64,000 nt of DNA from Phoronis australis. Taxonomy: Eukaryota; Animalia; Phoronida. Made by a program: the position numbers and the translations under genes. Every line of letters begins with the position of its first letter. Position 1 is the stretch's first letter. The notes under the pieces were generated by a model that made no database searches, was not told the origin of the DNA, and saw nothing but the letters and a program-made list of their open reading frames with translations. The stretch spans positions 158,516-222,515 of the forward strand of contig NMRA01000174.1 of NCBI GenBank assembly GCA_002633005.1, given 5' to 3'. Positions 25,995 to 38,272 of the stretch are shown here, piece by piece.

Positions 25995-26475
25995 AACATC
26001 TCTCGTGGCGCTTTTTATTGCCCATCTTTCCAGAGATTATTATTTTATCTTTAAGTCATTTGTACACTCATATTTCTGAACCTTATCAGTCATAATAAAT
26101 GACCTTTTATGCTCGGAATATGTCCCGAAAATAATAGGTGCGTCGCAAGCTCCGTTTCCAGAAAGACAAAAGAAACCGTGTATAGGCGATATAAGGTCAT
26201 TTATTATGACTGATAAGGTACAGAAATATGAGTGTACAAATAACATAAAGATAAAATAACAATCTCTGGAAAGATGGGCAATAAAAAGCGCCACGAGAGA
26301 TGTAAGGACCTTATGTCGCCTATACACAGTCTCCTTTGTATCTCTGGAAACGGAGCTTGCGACATACCTATTATATATATTCTGAACATAAATGATATTT
26401 CACACGTTAAATATATTTATGTGAGAATATGGACTCATACCACTTATACCCCCATCTTTCAGACTGGTCCGTTAA
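25995..26475. repeat. Repeat family B, rearranged (reverse-forward-reverse modules)
   Basis: Reverse b module 25997-26106, forward a+b 26107-26304, reverse a module 26307-26470. Confidence 0.85.
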
Positions 26476-27714
26476 CTTAAGATTTCACTGATGACATAGC
26501 AAGAACCTCAGTTTACAACACTCGTCTTTCTTCCTTTAACCACTTGCACAGGTAAGACAGCAAATTATTATCCATGATTTAGTTAGAACTTAGACTTTTC
26601 ATGGCTTTTTTAAGTATACTTCAAGAACTCAACAAAATTTCACGACTTCCTTGTCTTTGATGATCGTTCTGTATATCGTTCCAACAACTCATGTGTATAG
26701 AGTCCACTGCCAGGTGCAACTTCAGAGTTACTACATTTGTATACCACCGGGCGAATATTCACAAAATGACCATTCAAAACTCCTGGGCATATTTTCAGAA
26801 ACTGTGTCATTAAAACTATCTTTCATGCATTGCCAATATGGTAAGTAACCAAAAAAAATCACCTAATATCTCGTTACATGATAATCAATTGAATGAAATC
26901 ACCATCACTAAATATAATATGCCTTGATAAAATGAACAAAATTGAACTCAAAACATATTTCATATGTATTTCAGAGCAATCCATCAAATTTTCAAACCAT
27001 GTAAACAACTAACGAAAATATGCTTTTGGGCATACTTTAGAAAATTTTTCCAAAAATCCGCCCATGGGTGTACTTTTGGGTGAGGTTATTTTCGGATACT
27101 CCCAGTAGAGCTAAATTATTTATTAATATTGTGATCTTATAACACACTTGTTTATTTAGATGCTGCTTTGGATGTTATTGTGGAATAATGGGAAGACTTC
27201 ACTAGAATTGAGAATTACGTGGAAGAGACTGTGCCACAGTATTCCTTGATTGATTTCAGGGCTCATTTCCATATGACTCGGTTTAGGTTAGCATAACTGA
27301 ATTAAAACAAACAGAATTGAAGTTTTTAAAAAGTTTAAACATTAAACTACAAATCAAACAGGGTGCAGATAATTTGAAATAATTTATGGCACAGATATTC
27401 GATAATTTTCTTGTTTTAATGCAACGTGTAACGCATAAGCAAAACCTCTGGAAAATTTCATCAAAATATCAAGGCAATGAATAATTAGGCTGTCATGGTA
27501 GGCCTAAGTCAACTGCTCACTCACACGTGCCATGTTACAAAACATATGACCAAAAGCCAACAAAAGGTATTTTACCTTGTAATATAGGATTTTTTTTAGT
27601 TGCATGTAATGCAGAGGTGTAAAACGTAAGGAAAATAATTCAACAATTTGAATATCTAAAAGTAAAATTTCTAAAATCTCAATGGAAATATACATACTAA
27701 AAGAAAACACTTAC

Positions 27715-27725
27715 TTGTCCTCCAT
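27715..27725 (-). CDS. Candidate start exon (ATG GAG GAC AA|gtaagt)
   Basis: accaagATGG start context and strong donor in phase 2, compatible with the 13553 and 11882 candidates. It may instead belong to a transposon (see findings). Confidence 0.3.
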
Positions 27726-28285
27726 CTTGGTTTTGTTAGCAATGCAGCTTGATTAGCACTCGCCAAAAATGAAAGCACTTTCTAGGAGTGCATCCTTCAA
27801 TACCACAATCTTGCAAAGCGCTTCGAAGCGCTTTCCTTATTGAATGCATTAGGCAGAATTGACAGAAGGCAGTAGGGACTGCACAGAGAATCGCTAATAG
27901 TGGTTTCAACATGGCTATCAATGATGATAGCCAAGTTTGATCAAAAAAGCTGTTGATTACGATCACTATAAGTAAACAACAATTTACTGAGTGCAGAGGG
28001 CACCTATAGTGAAGTTCCATTATATTTGCCACGTATCTAGTTGACGACTAAAAATCTTGGCTAACACATGTTAGAAATTCCAGGCCTCGTGTTGCAACAT
28101 GATACGAGATGACCAAAATCTCAACTTGCATTTCCAAATTTCAGGTCACAAATGCAACCTCATGTTGATTACAACAACACGCGCACTAATAGTAAGGTCG
28201 CATTGCTGGTTAGAGATTGTTGCTAAATAGTCCTAAAGCAAACCACATTTGCCAATTACCCGATTATTTCTTTTCTAGACAAAGG

Positions 28286-28343
28286 ACACACACACACACA
28301 CGCACACACACATGCACTCACAAACACCACACTCACAGCACAC
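28286..28343. repeat. (CA)n microsatellite
   Basis: Imperfect CA run. Confidence 0.9.
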
Positions 28344-31300
28344 ATTTCTTTGAGACCTGCAAACAAAACTAGAACCCGTGAGTACTCAAGAAAATAAAAG
28401 CGCCAGAAAGGAACAAATGTTTCATATTCACAATTTCTGAAATACAGATATCTTCCATTTGAATATACCTCCTTGAACATTTCAATGGGGAAAAGCATTT
28501 CAGAGTCTGGCAGTAAATGGGATATTTTCCTAGACAGATGAGTAAATTAATTGTTTCCAAGTTGTGCAATTTGCCAAAGAAAACGTCTGTAGACAAGATT
28601 AAATAAAGATTGTGTTTTAGCAAATAACCAATCACTGATTGCAGACCAGAAGTTATTGGTCGTAATGAATTTCCAGTAAAGATGGGGGTCATATTTTATG
28701 GCTCTTTTTTACAAAATGTACAGAGATCTAATTGATTGACACCGATTTTGACAAGAAATACATTTGTTGCCACAATTCTATGAAGCAGCCCCATCTAAAA
28801 CCAATTTAACGTGGTATCACAAGTATCACCATGTGGGTGAATCTGTAATTCACACTTCAGTTCATGGGTTGCATTCAATTAAGTGAGACTATACAAAAAA
28901 CTTTCTAACACTTTAGGGAAGTTAGGAAGTCTTATCGTAAACTTCGCATTTCTGGAATCATTGTTAAATTGAAAAATTGTGCACACCCGACCATACTCAT
29001 TCGATACAATATTGGTCATTTTCCGTATGACATTATAACGTATATAATAAGACATATATGTAGTAATGTACATGATAATGTCACACAGAACTAGACAAAC
29101 TTGGTATTGAATGAGCATGCATAAGACCACAAAAATTAGTAAACGGTGGGGCGAAATCGTACTTATTACAATACAATTCTTAAGACATAAAGTTTCCACC
29201 AAAGTCAATCAAGTCACAAAAATAAGTAATGTTATAACTTTTTCATAACACCTTTTATAAAATACTGTTGCTTTGTTTATAGTTAAATTGGTGTTGTACC
29301 AAACTGGCTGATATTGAAAATCCCCGATCTTAATCCCAAACATGTCCCAAAATTGATAAACATTACCAAATACCTAAAAATATTAGTAATTTTCTTCGAA
29401 CAGTTGTAAAATGCACCTCCAAACTGAAAAGTTAGGGCTTTGTCTACAAATTATTTTTACTCACACAGATATCTATCTGTACAAGCTATTTTTCCTCAGA
29501 AACCTACCGTATGAAAAATTAGAGAGAAATACCGTATTCCAATGTGGAAGGACTATAAGAGTGTATGAACAATTAGAGAAATGACTGTATGTCATGTCAA
29601 CCAAATCTGATTTCAAGTAGGGAGCATCAAGCTGGAGGCTGCAAAACACTTGTGAAAGCAGGTTATTTAGATGCTGATATGGGACACAAGATTTTAGCAA
29701 TGCGGTGTACAAGCTCTGCGACATCTTGCAAAAACTCAGTGTGTCCAAATGTAGTACTTGCGAGCCACATGTATTCAAAATTACCACCAATCAATCATCC
29801 AACATGAAACTGTGTCTCAGGTTTTTAGTACGGTACCGGAGAGTTTTTGAAGTTTTTAATGCTTGATTTCTAGTCACATTGCTTTAAGAAAAGTGCTTTA
29901 CAGTGAACATTGTAGATGAAAAAACTAGCTTGTTTTATTGGAAATCTCAGATACAATTTCAGAGCAAATTTTTCAAAGTTTTGATATTCCAGATTGTATG
30001 ACTGGGTTAACCTCCCTAATGTTTTTGATGTGTAATTGCCTTTTTACTAAAAAATGACATATCACGTGAACACAACAGTGGCACAGTGTTGGAAATGGCA
30101 TGGATGAATTGGTCTTGCCTTCTGATTTGAGAAAATACACACTTTTACGGGTGGACAGAGGCCAGTCACTGATATTTTAAGATCATTAGACAACATACAT
30201 GTCACTTATGAATCAATTGTTACATGTGGTAGAAAACTTCACCAGTTTGGAATATACTATGAGAGACAAGTGAAATATTTATTTATCATGTTTTCACAAA
30301 CGATAAGAAGCAGTTGCAACAGCATAAGAAGCCTTTGAAAAATGAAAAAAGCACAATTGTAGCAATTGTTTTTGTCAGAAATTGATAAGATTTTACTGTA
30401 TAGTTAATGTGAGCTTTCTTAACTATGAACACGCAAGGCTTTCTTCGGGATAAACTACCACAAACCACACGATTCCTGCTTGGATAAGATGTCGCAAATA
30501 TGAGGCTTAATTGAACAGAAATCGTTTCTTACTAAACTACTTTTAGGAAGTGTAATTCTGCAGACTAATTGGAGACAAGTGTGAGGAGACAATCACCTTC
30601 AACCAAGAGGAAATTACATCTCTTGTGGCAATTCATAATTGAAATTCTATCAAGGATGGAGATTGTCAGACAGCAATTGCATGATGAATTGTACGGAAAA
30701 GTGGGATGTACTCTGAGAGCAGAAACTGCAGTAATTCTGAACTTATTTCGCAAAAGCTGACTACGGTACTTTCCTCCAAAAAATAGAAACTCTACCAAAT
30801 GTTGTTTTTTGACATCTGAACAGTATGAGCAAAGCTAACAATAGGGTAGAATTTGTTTACTATTTGTGTTAGTAAATTTTACGAAAAAAATATCACAAGT
30901 CTGCCATACTGTGTGCTAAATAGTTGAAGAATTTCCATAGCTTTGCAGCAGCATCTTTGACTACTTTTCTTGAATTCAGTTCATTACTCATCATCTTATT
31001 GCCAGTTAAAATTTACTGTTACAAATAGACGGGCACAATGCATTTTTGTACCTCCGCAAAAGAGGATGGTTATTCAACAAATAAGCACAAGCTTGAGTGT
31101 TATCACACTTCACAATTATATTTTTTATTGTCAAAAAATTTGTCATCTGATATATGAATTACTTCATATTGATTCGAAATGGAGTGCTAACCTCGAAAAC
31201 TCATATTTATTAGGAATATACTTATTTTCATTACAGTGATTCATATTTCCAATACTATGTGATCTGGTCCGAGACTTTGAGATAAGAAAAAACTCTGTAC

Positions 31301-32072
31301 AACTTTTGAAGATATCAGGTGCATTTTTGGACGCATGAACGCTAGACACCCTGTCAGAGTTGACATTACTAGACAATCACAATTTCTTGTCAGATTTTCA
31401 CCGAAATTTAGAAACCTAATCACATATGCTTTCACGAACTATTCAAATATGCTATTTTAAAACTTTCAAAATGAAAATTTTAAACAATGCATTGTTGCCT
31501 CCAGTGTTTACAACTATGTTGATGACGGGTACTGAATTTCGCAATGACCTGATTACCTAAGTTAGATAACATCACCTGAAACTGGGTGGTTTCTTTGAAT
31601 GTAGCATTGGATTTTTCAGGTTAGCAACCCTTCAGTTGCCCATTCCACCGTTGTCAGCGTAGGATTCTTTTCATGGTGTAGAACACTGTGTATGTTCCCA
31701 GATTTTTAAAATAGTACTCCCAGATTTTATAAGTTTTGGAGACATAATTAACACAAAAATGCTGCCAGGGGTCATGGCAATAACCAGATTGCTCCTGAAC
31801 AATGTCTGCCATGCACTCCTCACTAGAAACATCACAATAGTACAATCCTTCACCAACTTTGAGACTTGTAGGTAATGACAAAGATCCACAAGGGGCCATA
31901 GGGGTATTTGGATCCATCCTGAGATCAATATCAATCATGCTGTTGTCAGTACGAACATATCTCTGAAATTGCATCATGACCCTTCCAAACATTTCAGTTG
32001 GCAGATGTAGGAGATGAAGATGCCAAAAACGGACAATAAAATACAACCTAGTTTTGTAAAGATCCAGTGAAA

Positions 32073-33180
32073 GAAGATTGTTCTAAAACCCCCTCAACCC
32101 CCACAGCCCACCACATCCCCTTTGATCCCACACCCCATGACCCTCACAGCCCACAACCCCTTTGACCCCACACCCCACGACCCCCTCAACCCACAACCCC
32201 CTCGACCCATGGCCCACAACCCCCTTGACACAGTCTACACAAGCTTGACTCAATCTGAACATAGCATTCCGTTCCGCACCTGCACAGTGGGATGAGTATC
32301 CTGCTTGACTGATCTGCCAGTCCAGATACAGTCCTTGTATCAGTTTAACAGTACCAAAACTATGTTTACATAGTACAGCTCTCTTATTGTCTGCTTTCAT
32401 CTGATGCTCCAGTAATCCAGCAATTATGTTGTAAACTGTGGGGCCTGACCACCTGATCCTAACTGATATTTAAAAATATGACTTTCAACAGATGTTGTGA
32501 AGCAGATGTGTTTTGTATGAAATACTTTCACCAAAAGATTTCAAATGGAGAAAAACAGTTGACTTTCACCTGTTGATTCCAGTGTGTGACTGTAAGCTCT
32601 GACCAGCTTAACCACAGTATTGTGCACCAACACAAAAGACTTTCTTGCAAGTTTAATCAAGGGTGATTCTAGATTAGATCATGATAGTGGAAATTTCTTG
32701 ATTTTTACACTCCAGGAGAATGGTGCATAATGAATGGAACAAGTGCTGACTTGCAGGGCCTAAGAGTCCGGCCATGAGATTGGCTGGTTTTCATCTGTTT
32801 TTTTGCAATTAAGAGAATCGATTCGGCAAGTTTGAAAGTTACAAACAGAAAAAACGCGACCAAATCAAATCAACATTACAAATATTGTTCCCAGCAGAGT
32901 GTAATCGTCTCATCTGCTCTTCGGTGCCGAAATGGCAGATTCAAGCTTCGAGGAACCGACAAATAAGTAATTTCTTCAGTAAATACAGTTTGAAGAAAAC
33001 AAACTGTTAACTAAAAAGTATCTCAACATTACCTGGAGTATATTGTAAATAAGAATACAACAGAATGCAAATAACAAAAATGGAAAATTACGCGCATTCA
33101 CGTTAACATACTCTCTCCCTAAGTTTAGTAGAGCGGGGCCATAATGATAGCCGCTCGTAACAATGATATCACGCTCACGA
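32073..33180 (-). mobile_element. MITE family A reverse copy, interrupted at about 32290-32735
   Basis: GATTGTTCTAAAACCCC terminus and C-rich repeats at 32074-32230; the family internal sequence resumes at about 32735. Confidence 0.75.
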
Positions 33181-33285
33181 TTGAGTTTTTCAGAACATGA
33201 TTGAAAAAAAAGGTTTTTCATTATAAGTCTCAGTGAAGGTATAAGTAAAATCAACTTACTCAGAGACTGAAGATTTAAGAGTTCG

Positions 33286-33393
33286 AACGTTTCAGACTGT
33301 ATTCTACAGTCGCTAATTTTTGTAAGTTTTTATTCCAGTATTAGACTCAAAATTTATCTGTATTCTACTTTGTCCTTGATAAAGGACTGTAGA
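33286..33393. mobile_element. Possible second PLE-type hammerhead remnant split into two oppositely oriented halves
   Basis: Plus strand CTTGATAAAGGACTGTAGA (33375-33393) overlaps minus strand GACTGTAGAATACAGTCTGAAACGTT (33286-33311) to give TTGATAA-stem II-GAAACGT. Confidence 0.45.
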
Positions 33394-33879
33394 CATTTCA
33401 TTTAACTTCGTCTAAGGAATGACCATGGTAAAATCTCATTTGTGCAATGCCACCTATTGTCAGAAATTGACAGACCTGAGACAGGTAGTTGGTGCGGTTA
33501 ATTTCAAAACCTGAAGTAATGCCCCAAAAGTTGAGAATTCATTCCAGTTCTTCAAATGAGACAACTGCATGAAAATGAAAAATGGTCACAGAAATGAGAA
33601 ACTGACAATGTTTTTTAAAGAAATGAACTGTTACAAGTTGGTGTTTCAACAGCTGCAGTAAAGACACAATAACAAACCTGACAGAAGTACATTGCACCCC
33701 CATCTCTGGATGAAGAACAACTCTTGTAAGCAATCACTGTCAAACCTATGCCACCAGGTAGTCAGTCCGGTATCTAAAATTGAACAAAATTACAGTATAC
33801 ATGTAAAATCTCACCAATTTAGACCACAATATGGTGGCCAGGACTAGGTAGCAGAAAACTAATACATTTCACATGTTCA

Positions 33880-34822
33880 AGGCATGTACTATAGCAACCA
33901 TCAGACAACATTTTGAAAAAATCCGTGCACTCACGACAATGTTAAAAGCCTTTGAAAAATGAAATAGGGCAAATTTGATTCTTTTTGTCCGAAATTGGTG
34001 AGGTTTTACTGTAACAGCAATCAAAAATCCTAAAAATATCTCAGCAAATGAACACGATGAAAAGACACTCAAAATTCCAAAAAAACAAAAGCAAAATTAA
34101 GAAAATTGTAATCATGGTGTTTTTGAGATTCTATCTTATTTTATATCAAGTGAAATTTGGTCACGTTACTGAAACTTTTTGCTTTGAACATGCTGTACCT
34201 TGTCTTTCTTTTGCATTAAATTTTATTAGAAAGACATGGTCACATGAACCAGTTAATGGTAGATTGATATAAAGTTAAAATTTAATTTTTCATGCTTTCT
34301 CCTCTCAGGAATATTATGCTTTTATTAAGCTAAGCTAACTACACCGTCACTTTAGTGGCAACCCCAAATAAATGTCGAAATGTGGCCAACTTCAGAACTT
34401 TATATCTCAAAAAATGGGTTCTGGATTCATACAAAACTTTCAGAAGTGTTAAATGCACTGCTCTCCAAAACAATGCTGGGAATTATTGTTTAAAACAGGA
34501 CTTTTATGATGTTAAAAAACCTAAAAGTTGCATGAAGCAAAATACTTTATAAAACTGTAATAGTGTTTTTGAGATTTCATCTTGAGCATATGTATCAAAC
34601 ACAATTTGGTCACTCTTTGACACCATTGTTTTGCTATCAATATACCAATCTTTTTTGTGAAATTTTAATAAAATACATAGTCATGTGACCCAATGGACAT
34701 ATTGATGAAGACAATAATCAAAATCTAGAGGTTTCTACTTTCACAAAATATGAGCTAAATTCTACAGATATTTGCCTAAATGCACAGACTTCAGTGTCAA
34801 TAAGGTCCTACATAAGCTTTAA
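33880..34822. repeat. Family D copies with an internal direct duplication
   Basis: 34117-34300 resembles 34563-34750; related to 36085-36650, 37854-38272, 52640-53170 and 54000-54480. Confidence 0.65.
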
Positions 34823-36084
34823 TAGTCCCACAGAAAGGGGCAATCTTGTTTGCATCACAGCACTAATCAATACTCACAGCAATGAATGAATGCTTCTACA
34901 ATTTGATGATAGCCAGTCATCTTCCAAACTTTGTTTCACAGACTGGCCACTAGGTGATGCCAGCAGCCAGCTACTCATGATGAGTACTGTAGGTGAAGGT
35001 AGAGGCACAAGTTGTTCTGCACTGTACAGACCTGTTATTGGAAATCATTTTCAGAAAGTGTAAGTGTAGACAGAGTTGATATTACATACACATTATGATC
35101 AATCAATAAGACAAAAACAAAGTTAGAGAGATCTCCTGGCTTCATGAGACCGATTATAAAAAATGTGTTAAGACTTGAAATGTTTTTTGCAACCTAACCT
35201 TTGTTACTCAATTTTAAAAATTAATTATTTTTCCAACAAGCATACCTTCATGATGAACACTGGAATATTTAAAAGGATACCAAACTTGGTTTTCGCCTAT
35301 TAACGACTTTCCCGTCCAGTTCTCTGATACGAAATAATTCTCTGTAACCATTGACAACCCTCAAAAGTTTGGAAGAAAACTTGAAACCTCCTTTCAAAGT
35401 CTGCTAAACAACACTGGTGTCCTACACTTTCCGCATATTACACAGCAACTTTGGTAAAAGACTAAACACCAAGGACCATAATGCCTTATTTGTGTGGATA
35501 GGGTTATGAGTTTTTAGTTGATTTCTGCTGTTATCTTTCAACAATGCATTAGCAGGTAACAGAATAAGGATTAGTTGAAATCATCAAAACAGAGTTTAGT
35601 ATCCTTTAAAGATGGCACAATGGTAACCGGTGAAAGCGTAAAACAGGTTCAAACATTTGCAGCGCTATGTTGTTCCCACATTTTGTGGCACCGTTTACTC
35701 ACTGGAAAAATGAGTGAGCTCACCATGCCAATTGTCCGACCCTTTCTTGAAATGTCCTTGTCATATCACCAAGCTTTTACAGCATTCGCTGAGGAATTTT
35801 TATGAAAAGGCAGATAGGATGTCTGATCAGAGGAAAGATCACGGCTTAAAACTAAAATTCACATTAGGCTTTTTATCTGTCATCTTTTGAGTAGCGGAGC
35901 ATTGTTGTGCAAAATGACAATTCTGGCCAATCACGTGCAATCACTACGAGTGAACAGAGCCTTTCCACATTGCAGCATAACCTTCTCACAATCAGAAGGC
36001 AGATCTGACTTCAGATTCACCATAAGGTAGATCAAACGTCTTATTACCTTCAGCCTTAGTATTAGTAATGAAATTCTGTTTTGT

Positions 36085-36650
36085 ATTGTTATGAAATTTC
36101 ATGTGGTTTATTGCTGGTACCCTGAGTTGTCATGACAACCCATGATTATGTAAGATTGTGTATTTAACCGAATATCTTCAAAATTGTAGATTTTAATGCA
36201 GTAAAAGTACATACTATTTGAAAATATAAAGCCTGTAGATTACCATCAAAAGGGTCACGTGACCATGTCTTTACAGTAAAATTTAGCAAAACAGGAAGGT
36301 ACATTGATAGCAAACAATGGTATCCATAACATGATGAAATCTTATTTAATGTAAATGTTTAAGATTAAATCTCACGTGACTACAGTTTATAAAAACATTA
36401 GTTTGTTTTCTTTTTATGCAACTTGAAGAGTTCTGTCTTAAAAATCATCAAAGTCCTATTTTGGCAGGCCTCGTGTAAACGTGGGATATTTTAAAACCAA
36501 TTCCTAACAATGTTTGGAAAACAGTGCATAAATCATAGTTACTAGTATCTGAAAGTTTCATATAAATCCAATCAGCCATTTTAATGTGAGATATGATGTT
36601 CTGAAGTTAGCCAAATTTATACTTTTTCATTAATTGTGCTACATGAAGTG
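36085..36650. repeat. Family D copy (opposite orientation to 34100-34800)
   Basis: GGTCACGTGACCATGTCTTT..AAAATTTAGC and TCTGAAAGTTTCATATAAA shared with the other copies. Confidence 0.65.
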
Positions 36651-37853
36651 TCAGACTTGTTATTTGACATCAGTATTACAAAAAATTGTAAAATTTTTGT
36701 CTGAATTCTTTTTCTGTCAGCCATCCAAAGACTGAGGTCACTGTCTATGTCACCAGTAGCAGCAGGTTGGACCTTGGCTTTTCAATATAGAACTAAGGGC
36801 AATATGTATGTTTTTCAAATTAATGTTTCCCCATTTGAACAGGTTAAGTGTTTCACTGACCAATTTTATTCAAGGATATTACAAGGGATAGGGTAACCAA
36901 ATTGAAGGAAACCATATCAGTGACACCCCTAGACCCAGTATCCAGTGGTGTCCAGTCAGACAAGCGGCATCATTCCCATGAAATCTGACCATGGTTTTCC
37001 AACAGAACAGTGACGAATTACCAAGAGTAATGTTTTGCATATATTAAAAAATGCCCTTCTTCCATGTACCACCAATGGGTGCTTGAAGGTAGTTTTATGA
37101 AACTCCTACATCAGTTTGTTTTCATATCATTCAAAAGCTTCGGCAATCTAAATGACTTAAAAACTGAATTGGGAATACATTGTGCGTAAATGCTTAGACA
37201 TGGGAGGCCCAGCACTTAAATAAGTGGGGGGAGGCTATAGCCCCCCAACCTCCTCTGGTGTGCCGCCCATGTTATAGTTTGTATCAGGTGACTTAGAACC
37301 CGCCCAAGAGGCTGGCGATGTATTGATCCCCTTGCATTGGAAACTGATGCATCCATCTCCGATATTTCCATGATGCATGTAATGACCCCTGAATACTGTA
37401 TTGCAATTCAGAAAGTTTGTTCCTGTTGTAAAGCATGTTCAGTATGTAATGGGGCCAAAATAATTATTTTATTTCAACAAAATTTCTTTAAAATAGTGGA
37501 AAATTGCTCCATTGATAGCTGTGTAGATATCTTGAAATATCAATTCCGTTTTCTGTTGATACTGTGTGTGACTACCACCACCTTCATGTTGGACTAACAG
37601 TATAAAACTGATCTAAACTAGTTACTTCTTCAGATTAGAAGTGACTTCAAGCCCAAAAATCACTTCACCTCAACAAGGAAAAAGTAGCGTGCAATTTTAC
37701 AACAGTAACTTAACGTCTAAATCAAAAGTTATTTTTCGTCAATAGTTGAGTTTACAATAGCTTATAAACTAAGTTCTAAAAAGAATTGATTTGGGAACGC
37801 AAAAGAAGCCATTGCAAATTAGTATAGAATTGTTTTGAGTGAATTATATTAAT

Positions 37854-38272
37854 AAGCTTATGTAGGACATTTTGAGCACGTGCATTTAGCCAAATGTCTG
37901 CATAGGTTTAATACAGTAGAAGTATATTCTGAAACTGCAAAGCATGTACAACTTGATTTTTGACTTTTTAAAACTTTAATCATTAATTGGTTTATGTCTT
38001 TCTAGTAAAATTTAGCAAAAAAGAATGGTATATCGATAGCCATTACAGCTTTCTATATTATTTTCTTTTTGTTTTATACAATTATCGATTTTTTCATGAA
38101 AATCATTCAAGGCCTAGTTTTGATAGCCCTCATGCAAAAATGACGTACTTTAAAAACAATGGTGTAGAAAGTGGAGTATCTGAAAGTTTCATATAAAACT
38201 GATCCATTTCTGGGATAAGTTGTTCCAAAATTAGCCAAATTTGCACACTTTTCTTGGGTCCTACATAAACTT
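37854..38272. mobile_element. MITE family D, short complete copy (Kolobok-like)
   Basis: TIR AAGCTTATGTAGGAC...GTCCTACATAAACTT. The same terminus is followed by TTAA at about 34805-34822 and 53154-53170. Confidence 0.7.
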
